From IMG/VR virus record IMGVR_UViG_3300026159_000398: a stretch of DNA of 64,000 nucleotides, one strand, 5' to 3'. Positions 38,243-49,285 of the stretch are shown here, piece after piece. Made by a program: the position numbers and the translations under genes. The stretch is from a virus. Its lineage: Duplodnaviria; Caudoviricetes. The notes beneath the pieces are model-generated. The model worked only from the letters and a program-made list of their open reading frames with translations. It was not told the origin of the DNA and searched no databases. Numbering within the stretch: position 1 is the first letter of the stretch; every line of letters begins with the position of its first letter.

Positions 38243-38815
38243 TCATTGTTGCAACTCCGGTAATTCTTGTTCGGTAATAACCATGAATTTACCACCGTAT
38301 AAGTTTTTTGCGGCATTCAATTTAGCTTGAGTTTTCAAATCTTTTAATTGCCATGATGCTTTTAGTTCTACAATACTATTTTCTCTTGGCAAATAAAAAT
38401 CAGGATAATAGTAATGCTCGTTATCTTCAAAAACATATTTTACTCTAAATTGTTTATTGTCTGCTCTGTCATAAGGAATTTTATATTCATCAAGAAACTT
38501 CATGAAATTAAGTTCGTAAGAAGATTGGTAATGAATTCCATTGTGGATACCATTTTTACTTTTGAGTCGTTTGTTATTTGGTTGCCAAGACTCACATAAT
38601 TTTTGCTGGTGTTCTTTAGAACGTTTCTTACCTTTAAGACTATTACTTAATTTTTGTTTATGTTCTTCTGAAAGTGGTTTATGATTTTTACCCAAACAAG
38701 CTTTACTTAAGTTTTGTTTATGTTCTTCAGAAAATGGCAAACGTTTTTTTCCTAAAAATGCTTTACGTATTTTTTGTTTAGTTTTTTCTGATTGTTTGTA
38801 ACCTTTTGGTGGCAC
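38243..38815 (-). CDS. NUMOD3-repeat PD-(D/E)XK (TnsA-like) homing endonuclease
   Basis: SEEHKQ.LS repeats; YQSSYE..F, YYYPDFYL...VELKA; GTG start. Confidence 0.75.
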   Translation of the reverse strand: MPPKGYKQSEKTKQKIRKAFLGKKRLPFSEEHKQNLSKACLGKNHKPLSEEHKQKLSNSLKGKKRSKEHQQKLCESWQPNNKRLKSKNGIHNGIHYQSSYELNFMKFLDEYKIPYDRADNKQFRVKYVFEDNEHYYYPDFYLPRENSIVELKASWQLKDLKTQAKLNAAKNLYGGKFMVITEQELPELQQ

Positions 38816-38832
38816 GTTAATTACCTATACAG

Positions 38833-38842
38833 AATTATATTA
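38833..38842 (-). promoter_or_regulatory. TAATATAATT candidate phage promoter
   Basis: Exact motif about 18 nt upstream of the endonuclease start. Confidence 0.5.
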
Positions 38843-40786
38843 CATAGTTAAGTAAATATTCACAATGCGCTGTGCCATGGCAGCGGTGATTGAATATGTG
38901 GTCGCAAGATATGCAAGTGTGTCTGCAATAGTATGAGTTTGCAGATAGCTGGAATACAAATCACCAACATTTTCTATATTAAGTACTTGTAAATCATTTT
39001 CATTAAATATAACACCTCTGTCATAACGTATTCCAATAGAATCTGCTTCAGCATCATCATATTCATAAATGGTGTCATATTTCAATGGTTGTTCAAGAAA
39101 ATCTTGAAGTTCTACAAATCCACCAAATACAACAGCATCTGTCATTGGACGAAGGTGTTCAATCAATAATCCACGGTTGTCGCCAAAATTTGTAGCACTT
39201 AATGAAGTTCCATGCCATGGTCCTTCATAATCATGATCCAAATTAGTAGGGTCTCCAACTGGCATTACCCAATATGGAATTCCTGGATTTACTGGTGTAA
39301 CAGACAAGGGAGTCATTGTAGTAAAAACATCGGCTTCATTGAGGTAGAATCCACATAATGCAATATAATTTGCTACATAGAAACTGGTAATTTCATCTCT
39401 CAAAATATATTCAGGAGCTTCTCCAACTGTTGTTGTCAAAAATTCTCCAGGATATGTGGTACCATCAATCTCTGTTGAAATAAGACTGATTTTAAACATT
39501 GTCTGAAGATATTCAATATGATTTGGTTTTAGCCATTCAAGATATTGAAGCATCAATACACGTTCGTAATCGGCGTGTTCAGATGATGGGTGACTCAATA
39601 AGTCTGCTTTTAATGAAATAATTGGGCGAACATAAACAGATTTTTGGCAGTAATTGTATTTATTGCCAGGACTAACATCTTTTCTTGGGTCAATATGAGG
39701 AACTTGAATATTGTCAACTGGAGTTCCGTCTGTCGTATAAGCAAAGAACGTAGAATTTTCCAAGTCGTCTGGATTTATTTCAATCAAATTACCATCAGCG
39801 TCAAACCAGTGTTCGAGCATTTCAATGTCATATCCCATGGCTCCAAAAAATAATTCATACGCCAATTTGGTTCCACGAGCTTTGATGAGGTCCATCAAGT
39901 TGACAAGCAACTCGCGATACATTTTATTGTACGCATATTCCCACTTGGTGCCATCATACATTGCTTTCTTTTCAAATCCGAATGATCGACCGACAATATT
40001 TAAAAATTTATCTTTGATTTGAGAATGATCATTGATGCCTTGAATGTCTGCTTGATATGCATAGAGAATATCAAACAACTCGAACATCGTTTTCAGCAAT
40101 ATTTGGAAGCGAGTATTCTTTTGATAAATATTATAGTCGAATGTTGTGAGACCCGCGAGAGCAAAATTGTCTCTTAAGAATCCTTCGTAAATCAAAATTT
40201 CTTGTTTGACAACAAGATCTGAATAATAAGCTCCTATTTGGCATGTGCCAATGGCAAGCATATATAACTTGTAGACATTTGATTCTACTCTTGCAAACGC
40301 ATTGCGGTCAAAAACATTCACATGTAAATTGACATTTGATGCGGCCAAATATGTGAAACTATCTTCGCTGAAATATAATGCTACTTTAAAATCATACGAC
40401 GTATTGGCTATATCCAAAAAACTGGGTTGTCTTACGTCGTTTTTGAAATAATGTATTTGAAGTTTTGGATATTCGGCTTCTTGAAAAATTAAAAATTGTT
40501 CGTTGACTTCCAGATGTGTTCCATCTGCGGTTATAAATACTGCATCAACAGTAAATGTTCCAACACCTAATGGGTATAACCAACGTTTAGATGCAGCCAC
40601 TGTGTAAGTAGCAATAGAACCATGATTGCTGATTGTAAGATTAGGGTCAGTAACTGGAATTTCAGTTTCAGTCGAAGGATTGGTGCACAAAAATACCTTG
40701 AACTCGTAAGGAGAGTTCTTGATATTAAGAAAGCTTAATTGTGCTACTTCATTGTAGTAAGTTACAATCTTGAGTTTAGGGTACAT
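38840..40786 (-). CDS. Baseplate wedge protein (gp7/tail-protein-I-like)
   Basis: YRELLVNL..LIKARGT..AYELFF...GY and LKPNHI; follows the gp6-like gene. Confidence 0.55.
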   Translation of the reverse strand: MYPKLKIVTYYNEVAQLSFLNIKNSPYEFKVFLCTNPSTETEIPVTDPNLTISNHGSIATYTVAASKRWLYPLGVGTFTVDAVFITADGTHLEVNEQFLIFQEAEYPKLQIHYFKNDVRQPSFLDIANTSYDFKVALYFSEDSFTYLAASNVNLHVNVFDRNAFARVESNVYKLYMLAIGTCQIGAYYSDLVVKQEILIYEGFLRDNFALAGLTTFDYNIYQKNTRFQILLKTMFELFDILYAYQADIQGINDHSQIKDKFLNIVGRSFGFEKKAMYDGTKWEYAYNKMYRELLVNLMDLIKARGTKLAYELFFGAMGYDIEMLEHWFDADGNLIEINPDDLENSTFFAYTTDGTPVDNIQVPHIDPRKDVSPGNKYNYCQKSVYVRPIISLKADLLSHPSSEHADYERVLMLQYLEWLKPNHIEYLQTMFKISLISTEIDGTTYPGEFLTTTVGEAPEYILRDEITSFYVANYIALCGFYLNEADVFTTMTPLSVTPVNPGIPYWVMPVGDPTNLDHDYEGPWHGTSLSATNFGDNRGLLIEHLRPMTDAVVFGGFVELQDFLEQPLKYDTIYEYDDAEADSIGIRYDRGVIFNENDLQVLNIENVGDLYSSYLQTHTIADTLAYLATTYSITAAMAQRIVNIYLTM

Positions 40787-40787
40787 A

Positions 40788-43700
40788 TTATGCCTTCAAT
40801 TCTTCAGAAACTGCGCTAACCAAAATTTTATATTTATCAGAAAGTCCAGACAATTGTGTCTTACTGTTTTCCAATAGTCTCAATTGTTCATAAAGCTCTT
40901 CACTTACGAATTTGTATTTATATTGAGTTACTGTTGTAAATGGAGAATCTGTATCTTCATTATTGTTGATAGTAATATCAATTATGCCGTATGTTGAAGC
41001 AATTTTTGCAATTGAATTTTTGATGATTTGTTTTGTCATCAGTGAACCAATTGTGTGCTCATGATTTTGATTTGCATAATCGAAGTCAAGGTTAAGTTGC
41101 TGTTTTGCTGCATCAACCGCTTCAGCTACACCATAACCACGTTTTACTGTGAGTGAAACTAAAATTGGTCGTGGTTCAAAAGTAACTTTCTTAATGATAT
41201 TCTCAAGACCAATAAGACGTTTGCTTGTGTTGTTTAAAACTGCAATAAGACTTGCAGCTTCACCTTCTGGATAATATGGGTTTGGTTCATAATCAATTGC
41301 TACAGTTTCGTACGTCTTTTTGTGATAATGAATTTTGAGGTATGCAAATGTTGCATATCCTTTGACATAGTATGTTATTCCAGAATTTAGAACTCCATCA
41401 ATGAACTTAAATACGATAGCACGATTTGCGCGCTCATATCTATTACCTGGATTTCCTCCATTGGTATAAGTCATATCAACAACGCTTTCAACTGTTTCAG
41501 GTGTTTCAAAAGTATTGTTAATGAGACTATCTTCGATATTGAGAATCTTGGCACTTTCTACAACACTTAATAATCCTAAAGCGTCTCTGTGAATGAATTT
41601 TACCACAATACTATCTCCAATAGAAATGGTATTGTTTTGGTCTGAAGTCATAGTCAGAGTCACAACTGCTCCAGTGCTTGAAGTAATGTCGTATGTGTAA
41701 TTACCACTTGATTCAAGAAATTCTATTGGAGTAAATTCAGTATCTTCTTCATAAACACCAGGAGATGTTTCAATCAATCTAACAATATCAACACGATAAA
41801 TTGTTGGATATGCGGAATCATACACTGGAGTAGTCACGTTGTTCAAAAAGTTGATAGTAATTTTGGCTGCATCATAATCAAATTTACTTACAGTGGTGTC
41901 ATTGAAAATAATTGGAGTTACATTATCAATTGTACCATTGGTGTCTTGTAATGAAGAAATATTTGCGAATGTAAGCGTCTCAAGTAGATTATCGCCCGAG
42001 TCATACGCTTCAACGGTCATACTTTCGGCTTCAAAGAGACGATACAAATACCCATCTTCATCGGTCAAAATAATATTGATAGATGGTCCAGTAACAGAAG
42101 CGTGATTGACGACAATACCCAATGAATCATGTAATCTCGTTTCAGTTACTTCATAATCTTGTTTGAAATTCAATGTCAAAATATTATCATTGTATTTGTA
42201 TGTGTTGCCAAGATCAAATACCAAACCAGTTTCATTTGTTGGGCGATAATTTTTCTTCTCAAAGCCAAGAAATAAATAAATATTATATTGCGGATCTGAT
42301 ACCGTATCAAGAGTTCCATTATCGCGAATAGTGATTTTTGAACTTGAACCAGTTAATGGCGAATTGATTGTGATTGTTCCAAGTGCGCCATTATTTATAT
42401 TGGCTGTGTAAGTGACAAACTGGTAATTAACATAAGAACCAAATATTGTTCCAGCGTTTGCAGCAATGTCAGCTACGATTGCGGCTTGAAGTTCTTCTGC
42501 ATATTCTTTGTAAGTCTTGATTCCTGTTGTCATGATGATTGTGAAAATATAAGGAAAGACATCATAATCAATTGAGAATACCAGCTTATCGTTTCTTCCA
42601 TAAGCATTATTCACAACTAGAATAGTACTGAATTCATTTGAGGTTACTGTTGCATGTTCAGTAAGCGCTGAACTTGATGAGTAACCCTGATTTTTTTGGT
42701 CAGTAACGTAATTTGAATTAAACACAACCGAGTCAACAATGCGGCCATTGATGTCGTATGCATAGGCTCTTAAAGAACCAGACAGAGGATATTTATTTTC
42801 TGGAATGTACGAAACGTATGTCATTCCATTGATGTCAGGATAAACAAAGTCTGTTACTTCCTCACCTTCTACGACTTCACCATGCGCACCAACAACATTA
42901 CAGAAAGTCTGCAGTGCTGCTAAAAATTTTACGTTGTATGTATCAGCTGTATCAGAAGTCTCGACATCTGGAAATTCAAAATTAGCAAAATTTCTGATTG
43001 GTACTATACGATGGAATGCATGAAGTATAGGAACATTTTCAAATGTTGGGTCGTCTGTATAAAGAGGTGACAGAAGTTCATGTTTAATAACACGAGAATA
43101 CAAAGCTGTTTGAGCATCTGTAGCATCAATAATTGTTTTATCGCGTCCAAAACGGTATGGTGCAAAAATTTGTGCTCTAAAGAGATCTTCACGATCTGCG
43201 CCACCAGTAGCATCATTGGCGTTTGTCAATGTGGCAGTAAGAATACGCCCGCCGCTGATGTTAATTGCAAGTTTGTAGTTAATCATTCCAGAATTAACAT
43301 TGGTTCTTTCACCACCACCAGATCTTCCAAAGACGCGAATGTATTTTCCAATGTGTTCATCTTCAAAAGCACCACCAAAAGATTCGTTACCAAACAGAAT
43401 CTTTGCAGAGCCATCATAATTGTATTTTACCGTCCAGTGAGGAGCGCCACTTGATGTTGATTCTGGGAAATAAGGTTCAATATAAACTGGTTCAACAACA
43501 AAGCTGTCAGTGTATGGCAATTCTACTCTTGCACCAGCAGCAGTAATAAAGAAAACACGAATTGAATTATCAATGATGTCAGTATCGGCAATATTGATCA
43601 CGAAGTTTTCTTTCATCTCTGCAGTAATTTCATATTCATACGCAAATGTAGTTCCAGCATATGCCATTACCACAAAGTAATCTCTGAATTCTACAGTAGG

Positions 43701-44174
43701 AGTTACAACGATATTATCAAAATAATTAAATTTGCCATCATTATCTTTCTTAATCAATTCAAATGAAACACGTTCGCCATTTGGGTTTGTACCATAAACG
43801 GTTTGGAATTTTGGAATGACTATGGTTTCATTAAGAAGATCATTTTCAATTATGGCTTGTAATTCAACTTCAGAACCTGTGCACTGTTGCAAATCAACAC
43901 GCATATCCATGAGGTTGTCGTTAATAGCTTGTGGAGAAAATGCTTGATTGAGAAACTTTTCTTTTAATTGGTGATTAGCACTCTTAGCGTTTTTCTTGGC
44001 CAAAAAGACGCCCATTTCCATAATCATTTGGAATGCATTTTGAAATAAATCTCCATCATAGATGGTATTCCAATTGGGGTCTAATTGGATTTTTGTAATA
44101 ATGTCGTCTTTCCAGTCCTGAGTAGAACTGCCAACGAGGTTTGGAGATGCTATCTTGTCGAGGGGGCGTAACAT
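40788..44174 (-). CDS. Baseplate wedge subunit, T4 gp6/baseplate-J-like
   Basis: EKFLNQA, ILFGNESFG, SGGGERTNV, ATGGADRE...RAQIFAP and a C-terminal IGSL motif. Confidence 0.75.
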   Translation of the reverse strand: MLRPLDKIASPNLVGSSTQDWKDDIITKIQLDPNWNTIYDGDLFQNAFQMIMEMGVFLAKKNAKSANHQLKEKFLNQAFSPQAINDNLMDMRVDLQQCTGSEVELQAIIENDLLNETIVIPKFQTVYGTNPNGERVSFELIKKDNDGKFNYFDNIVVTPTVEFRDYFVVMAYAGTTFAYEYEITAEMKENFVINIADTDIIDNSIRVFFITAAGARVELPYTDSFVVEPVYIEPYFPESTSSGAPHWTVKYNYDGSAKILFGNESFGGAFEDEHIGKYIRVFGRSGGGERTNVNSGMINYKLAINISGGRILTATLTNANDATGGADREDLFRAQIFAPYRFGRDKTIIDATDAQTALYSRVIKHELLSPLYTDDPTFENVPILHAFHRIVPIRNFANFEFPDVETSDTADTYNVKFLAALQTFCNVVGAHGEVVEGEEVTDFVYPDINGMTYVSYIPENKYPLSGSLRAYAYDINGRIVDSVVFNSNYVTDQKNQGYSSSSALTEHATVTSNEFSTILVVNNAYGRNDKLVFSIDYDVFPYIFTIIMTTGIKTYKEYAEELQAAIVADIAANAGTIFGSYVNYQFVTYTANINNGALGTITINSPLTGSSSKITIRDNGTLDTVSDPQYNIYLFLGFEKKNYRPTNETGLVFDLGNTYKYNDNILTLNFKQDYEVTETRLHDSLGIVVNHASVTGPSINIILTDEDGYLYRLFEAESMTVEAYDSGDNLLETLTFANISSLQDTNGTIDNVTPIIFNDTTVSKFDYDAAKITINFLNNVTTPVYDSAYPTIYRVDIVRLIETSPGVYEEDTEFTPIEFLESSGNYTYDITSSTGAVVTLTMTSDQNNTISIGDSIVVKFIHRDALGLLSVVESAKILNIEDSLINNTFETPETVESVVDMTYTNGGNPGNRYERANRAIVFKFIDGVLNSGITYYVKGYATFAYLKIHYHKKTYETVAIDYEPNPYYPEGEAASLIAVLNNTSKRLIGLENIIKKVTFEPRPILVSLTVKRGYGVAEAVDAAKQQLNLDFDYANQNHEHTIGSLMTKQIIKNSIAKIASTYGIIDITINNNEDTDSPFTTVTQYKYKFVSEELYEQLRLLENSKTQLSGLSDKYKILVSAVSEELKA

Positions 44175-44175
44175 T

Positions 44176-44805
44176 TTATGCCTCTTTTATTTTCTTTTTA
44201 TATGGTCCTCGTGGACCAAATTTGCGGCCAGTTAATGCAAAACTAATTTTCTTTTTTTGTTCTTCGGACATTGGTTTATGTGTACGATTCTTTAATGTTT
44301 CACTAATTTTTGCTTTTACTTCAACAGAACGTTTTTTTCCTTTATTACCTAAACCAATTTTAATTTTTGTTTCTGCAGAAGGTTCTCCGCGTAATTTTCC
44401 CGTGAGTGCTTGACTAATTTTAGGACGTTTTTGTCCAGTATTAGATGCACTTTGTTTTTTAATTGATTCTAATGAACGTTTATGTCCTATTAACGACATT
44501 CGAATTTTTTGTTTTGTAGTTTCTAAATGTTGCTTTTTATGACCTTCACCGCCAGCCGTTATATTATAACCATAAATAGGATTTTGTGAATCATAAAATT
44601 TAATACATTCTTGTTCCGCGATGTTTAATTCTTCTTTGGTCTCGCAATAACCAAGAATTCTTTTCTCTAATAAATGAGATCGTTTTTTAATGACATTTTT
44701 AATAATTTTTCCAGAACCTAAATAATTAGCCTTTTTGTTGGTTTGTTGACCTACATAAACTTTATTATTGTAATGATCTATTGTTAAATAAATTAAGCCA
44801 CCCAT
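44176..44805 (-). CDS. GIY-YIG homing endonuclease (Seg-like) with NUMOD3 repeats
   Basis: GLIYLT...YVGQ...YLGSG, GYNITAGGEG and ETK.KI repeats. Confidence 0.85.
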   Translation of the reverse strand: MGGLIYLTIDHYNNKVYVGQQTNKKANYLGSGKIIKNVIKKRSHLLEKRILGYCETKEELNIAEQECIKFYDSQNPIYGYNITAGGEGHKKQHLETTKQKIRMSLIGHKRSLESIKKQSASNTGQKRPKISQALTGKLRGEPSAETKIKIGLGNKGKKRSVEVKAKISETLKNRTHKPMSEEQKKKISFALTGRKFGPRGPYKKKIKEA

Positions 44806-44813
44806 AATTCACC

Positions 44814-45182
44814 TTAACTTAATACGAAGACTTTGTGTACAAGAGATTCGTATGATTGTTCTTTAGTTTGATCTGCAAAATGCCATGCTAGATAAATAAT
44901 AATTCCGACAGTCGCGCCATCAGGAACGATATCGCAGCCAACGGCTTCAAGCACAATTCTAGGTTCGTAGTTTTGAATAAGATTGGTCGCCTCTTGAATG
45001 ACTGCGATGGCTGTTTTTTCTACAGCGCCTTCATCGAGATAATCAAGAATACGTGAACCTTTATTCAGGCCGTTAATTGACGTGCCTAATTCTGTGAACA
45101 AAAGACGTTCCAATGTGGCGTGCATTAAGACTTCATTGGCAGCAATCTTTATATCGTTTTCAGTAATTATTAAACCTTGCAC
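44814..45182 (-). CDS. gp25-like baseplate wedge subunit
   Basis: LERLLFTELG....GSRILDYL...IQNYEPRI is the gp25 signature. Confidence 0.75.
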   Translation of the reverse strand: MQGLIITENDIKIAANEVLMHATLERLLFTELGTSINGLNKGSRILDYLDEGAVEKTAIAVIQEATNLIQNYEPRIVLEAVGCDIVPDGATVGIIIYLAWHFADQTKEQSYESLVHKVFVLS

Positions 45183-45796
45183 TCTGTTTTCCTTTTTAAT
45201 CTATCTTGAATTACCATTGTTGAACAATTCAACATTTTTGCTATTTCTCGCATCGTTTTATTTTGTGATCGTAATTTTTTAATTTCTTCTACAGATATAT
45301 TCTTAAAACGAGGATGTTTAGTCCCTCTTCTTTTACTACATTTTTCTTTAAAAATATTTAATTTATTGTTCGCTTCTTCTTGACCGTATTTTTCAATCCA
45401 AACATCACGAACAGATTTTCCATACATTGGATTATTTTTACCAATAGAATTATTGATTCGTTTTAATTTGCCTTCATCAGATAACCTGGAAAAAGTATCG
45501 CCACCATTACCACCATCTGTATGATTATATAATTCATGTTGCGAGTTCATTGCAGCAATAAAAAATTTTTCCATTTCGTTTAATTCTTCTTCAGAACTAC
45601 ATATAAATATCTTATTCCAAATGAAGTTTTCTTTTCCATATTTTCTTATTGAATATTCTAAATGAATCAATCTTGCTTTATCTGAAGAACATTTTGCCAT
45701 ATATTCATGTTCTTGTCTACGTTTCTCAAGTCCATGTTTGGCTCGACCAACATAAAACTTACCAGTTATAATATTTTCGACTAAATAGATTTCCAT
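45170..45796 (-). CDS. GIY-YIG homing endonuclease
   Basis: EIYLVEN.ITGKFYVG, SIRKYG, YNHTDGG.GG, NPMYGK and a C-terminal HTH. Confidence 0.85.
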   Translation of the reverse strand: MEIYLVENIITGKFYVGRAKHGLEKRRQEHEYMAKCSSDKARLIHLEYSIRKYGKENFIWNKIFICSSEEELNEMEKFFIAAMNSQHELYNHTDGGNGGDTFSRLSDEGKLKRINNSIGKNNPMYGKSVRDVWIEKYGQEEANNKLNIFKEKCSKRRGTKHPRFKNISVEEIKKLRSQNKTMREIAKMLNCSTMVIQDRLKRKTECKV

Positions 45797-48700
45797 TACT
45801 TAAAGATTTTCTTAAAAATACTTAGAGCATTATTACGAATAGTGTTAATTTCATCTTTGGCGTCTTCGACTTTACCACCAGTTACTTTAACTTTCTCAGC
45901 CGCCAGAGCATAAAGATCTGTAGCTGAAGAGGTAAAAGACTGTGTTGTTGGCATTCCAAAACAAATTAAAAAGCCACCATAAAACATCTTTTCATTTGGA
46001 TTGAATTCTTCTTCATTTTGTGCAAGAAGTTCTGCAGTTTTTTCGTTAATGAAACTTTCGGTAAGAGTGTTCAATATAGAGTCACAATATGTTAATTCAG
46101 ATTGTGCAATTTCTCGTAGAATTTCTGCTGCTTCCAATCTGCCACCTGAATTAGTAATTTTGGCCGTTGCGTTTTGAACACGACTTGTTATTGGAAAAGT
46201 TTTATCATATCCTTCTTCGAGTTCCAACTCATTATATGTCTGAGTATATGTTGCATCATTCTGACTTGGCATTGTATCAGCTACTAAAGATGCAACCAAA
46301 TTATTGATGGCTGTGTTTTGAGTAGTTATATAATCTTGAAGAGTAGCATCCAATCCTTCTTTAATAAGACGATAATATTCAGCTTGTCTCCAGTGTGTAT
46401 AAGCATTCAAGAGAAGTTTATTTAATTCTTGAGTTTCAATGACACCATTATCATACGTTGCTTGATTTTCTTCTGCTAAAGTTATGTTGGCTTGTTGAAC
46501 AAGAATATCCGCTTGATAACCAGCAATTTGGCCATTTTTAGTTGTGATATCGTCTTCTGCATCACTTATCAACCCTTCTAGTTCAGCAATTCGTGCAGCA
46601 TGTCCAGTTGGGTCAACGGCTTCCCAATAGGTTTTTTCAGCAGTCCAATCAGCTATTTGACCATTTAAAGTTGCAATTTCATTTTGTCTTAATGCAATAT
46701 TTGCATTATCGGCATCAATGGCGTCATTGTAACCATCGACTGCATCAAGATATGCTTGGTAAACAATTTCACGATCAGCTTTAGAAGTTGTTAGTGAACC
46801 TTGCAAAGTACTTATTTGAAGATCATAAATAACCAAGTCATCTTCATTTTCAACAGGATTGGCTGTCACAAATGCAGTTACCGTGTCTCTAGCTTCGGTG
46901 TAACGGTCCAATAATGTCGTATATTCAATATCATGTTCTGATTTTAATTGAATCAAAAGATTCTTTTGAGCAACCAAAGCAGCACGTTGTTGTGTGTAAT
47001 CTGGAATAGTTGGACCGTATGGGTCATTATATTGTGCATCAAGAGCGTCTATTTGAGCTTGAGTACTGGCTTGCGCCTCAGCATTAACAACATTAAATGC
47101 AGATGTAGATGCCAATTCTGCAGTGAATAAAGTAATTTGAGTATCTATCCAAGAACGGCTTCCAGTGGCCGCTATTTCAGCATCGTAAAGATCTGCATAA
47201 CTTGCTATGACAGCATCTTGTGCTTCAATTTCAGCTTCTGTTTCTGCAACTAATGCATCATAATTGGATGCGGCTTTTGCAGTCTCAAATGCTTGAGTTT
47301 CTGTTTGAATGACATTCAAATTAGATTGTTTTACTGTTACAGCTAAATAATTTTCATTTGCAACATTATATTGATCAGCCGCAATTCCTCTATCTTGAGT
47401 AACTTGTTGTTTGTATTTACCAACGTTGTTAATCATTTCAGGAATAGTTGACGCATTTTGTGTAATTGCAAGAACGGCTTCAGGATTATTGGACAATTCA
47501 AACGCTTTGAGAACTTTTGTAATGTTGGTTCTTACGGTTGTAAATGGCTTGGTTTTCTTGAGTGCTTCAATAACTCCAGGAACTCCGTCATTTGTGTCGA
47601 AGTTCAGAATAAATCCTTGCGAAAGCGTCAACAAAGCATCGATCAATTTATTCAATTGCTCGATGATATTAAGAATATGTTCTGCGAATGCGACCCATTG
47701 TTTAATAGTTGTAATAACTGAATCGATATTATCAAAAATAGATGAAGTCAATGGAATATTAATTTTAAAGCCACGCATTCTATCAAGAAGCAATTCAATG
47801 TAGCGGAAAATATCTCTCAAGAATATGTCGAGCGTCACACCAAAGAAATTAGGTTCTTCACCATAACTGGCAACGTCTTGAGGAAAATCAAAATCAGCGC
47901 CAACTTTCTTTAATAGTTGACCATAATGTTTTTCTGCATCTTTAAAACCATCAAACGAAGTCAATGAGGAACTGGCAGCACTTTGAACAATATCAGGAAT
48001 AACTTTAAAACCATCAAACGAAGTCAATGAGGAACTGGCAGCACTTTGAACAATATCAGGAATAACTTTCATTGCTGCCCAAACATCTTTTACAGCGTCA
48101 AGAGATGGAACACAGAAGCCAACAATAACCACTTTCATGTAGTCGCCTTCACTGAATAATGGGCGACCAGATTCGAACACAGCCGGAAAATCACTCTTTG
48201 TTAATGTGGTTATTTTAGGAGTCGAATTATGATGAAGATCTTCTACTTGTTTTCCTGCTGCAGCGTCCTCAATTGTTCTATTCATTAGTGCGAGCACTGG
48301 TTTTCCAGGTTTGTCATTGGGGTCAACAAATGCTTCACAAATAACGTTAATCCATTCGTAATATGTTTCAGGTTTATATTTCCATAAGAAGATCAATTCA
48401 AGAATATCACGAATTTGTTTATTATATGCTTCGTAATATTCAGCTGGCAAATCACGAATAGTTTTTTCAAAATCTTTGAATATAAAAAGCTCATATTCAC
48501 TTGGCTTTTGGCCTTTTTTAATTTTTTCTAGAACACCATTTAATTGAATTTTATATTGTTTTAGACCGGTCTTTTCATCATCTGGTATTTTATTTATTGC
48601 ATCAAGCAACATTTGGTATGAAGAAGCCAATGAAGCTTGTTGATCTGTTATTTTTGAATAAGAAGAAAGTTCACCTTTCCACCATTCATTACCATTTAAA

Positions 48701-49059
48701 AAACTATCATCAGCATACTGAACTGGAAATTCTTGAAAATGGTATGAGAATAAATCAAGACCATAAACACCGGTAGAGCGCACACTATCCATCAACGATT
48801 CTACTGTATTGATGAACGAATCAAGAAAAGCTAATACTCCTCTATCTGCAATTGACTCAATCAATTTAAGAATTTGCATGAATGATTGAACATTATTGAG
48901 AATATCATCAACAGTGTCCATGATTTCTTTAACTGAATCAAGACCACTTTGAACTGATGAAGTTACTTGACGAACTTGGCGAAGTGAAGCACTATCAAGA
49001 AGGTTAAATGTTTTCCATTGAGGAACAGGAGCGTTAGCCATTGGCGTGCTCCTTTGCAA
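45796..49059 (-). CDS. Large helical/coiled-coil virion-associated protein (likely start MANAP at 49041)
   Basis: 1087-aa ORF between the spike and gp25 genes, with long heptad regions. Confidence 0.6.
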   Translation of the reverse strand: MQRSTPMANAPVPQWKTFNLLDSASLRQVRQVTSSVQSGLDSVKEIMDTVDDILNNVQSFMQILKLIESIADRGVLAFLDSFINTVESLMDSVRSTGVYGLDLFSYHFQEFPVQYADDSFLNGNEWWKGELSSYSKITDQQASLASSYQMLLDAINKIPDDEKTGLKQYKIQLNGVLEKIKKGQKPSEYELFIFKDFEKTIRDLPAEYYEAYNKQIRDILELIFLWKYKPETYYEWINVICEAFVDPNDKPGKPVLALMNRTIEDAAAGKQVEDLHHNSTPKITTLTKSDFPAVFESGRPLFSEGDYMKVVIVGFCVPSLDAVKDVWAAMKVIPDIVQSAASSSLTSFDGFKVIPDIVQSAASSSLTSFDGFKDAEKHYGQLLKKVGADFDFPQDVASYGEEPNFFGVTLDIFLRDIFRYIELLLDRMRGFKINIPLTSSIFDNIDSVITTIKQWVAFAEHILNIIEQLNKLIDALLTLSQGFILNFDTNDGVPGVIEALKKTKPFTTVRTNITKVLKAFELSNNPEAVLAITQNASTIPEMINNVGKYKQQVTQDRGIAADQYNVANENYLAVTVKQSNLNVIQTETQAFETAKAASNYDALVAETEAEIEAQDAVIASYADLYDAEIAATGSRSWIDTQITLFTAELASTSAFNVVNAEAQASTQAQIDALDAQYNDPYGPTIPDYTQQRAALVAQKNLLIQLKSEHDIEYTTLLDRYTEARDTVTAFVTANPVENEDDLVIYDLQISTLQGSLTTSKADREIVYQAYLDAVDGYNDAIDADNANIALRQNEIATLNGQIADWTAEKTYWEAVDPTGHAARIAELEGLISDAEDDITTKNGQIAGYQADILVQQANITLAEENQATYDNGVIETQELNKLLLNAYTHWRQAEYYRLIKEGLDATLQDYITTQNTAINNLVASLVADTMPSQNDATYTQTYNELELEEGYDKTFPITSRVQNATAKITNSGGRLEAAEILREIAQSELTYCDSILNTLTESFINEKTAELLAQNEEEFNPNEKMFYGGFLICFGMPTTQSFTSSATDLYALAAEKVKVTGGKVEDAKDEINTIRNNALSIFKKIFK
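47940..48069. repeat. Perfect 63-bp in-frame tandem duplication
   Basis: 47940-48002 is identical to 48003-48065, so KVIPDIVQSAASSSLTSFDGF is encoded twice. Confidence 0.95.
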
Positions 49060-49285
49060 ACTTCAATGCTTCTTCATATTCCTTTTTTGCAGTTTCTATA
49101 TTTTTTGGGTTCTTATCGCGATATTCATGCATATCATGGATTCTCTTACCGTTTTCTAGCAAGTCTTCCACAGCAGATCCAAGATGTTTTACTTTTACCT
49201 TCTGTACAATCAACATCTTCTCAATACCTCGCGTTAATTGTTGTAACGCGTTTGATAATTCATAAAGGGCATTATTATTGTCCAC
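49034..49285 (-). CDS. Hypothetical protein (likely GTG start at 49285)
   Basis: GGAGAG RBS upstream of the GTG; fills the gap between the spike gene and the 1087-aa gene. Confidence 0.5.
   Translation of the reverse strand: MDNNNALYELSNALQQLTRGIEKMLIVQKVKVKHLGSAVEDLLENGKRIHDMHEYRDKNPKNIETAKKEYEEALKFAKEHANG

Noticed and set aside
44176-45796. Group I introns housing the GIY-YIG genes
   Set aside because: The gaps to flanking genes are under 10 nt or overlapping, and the flanking genes look intact.
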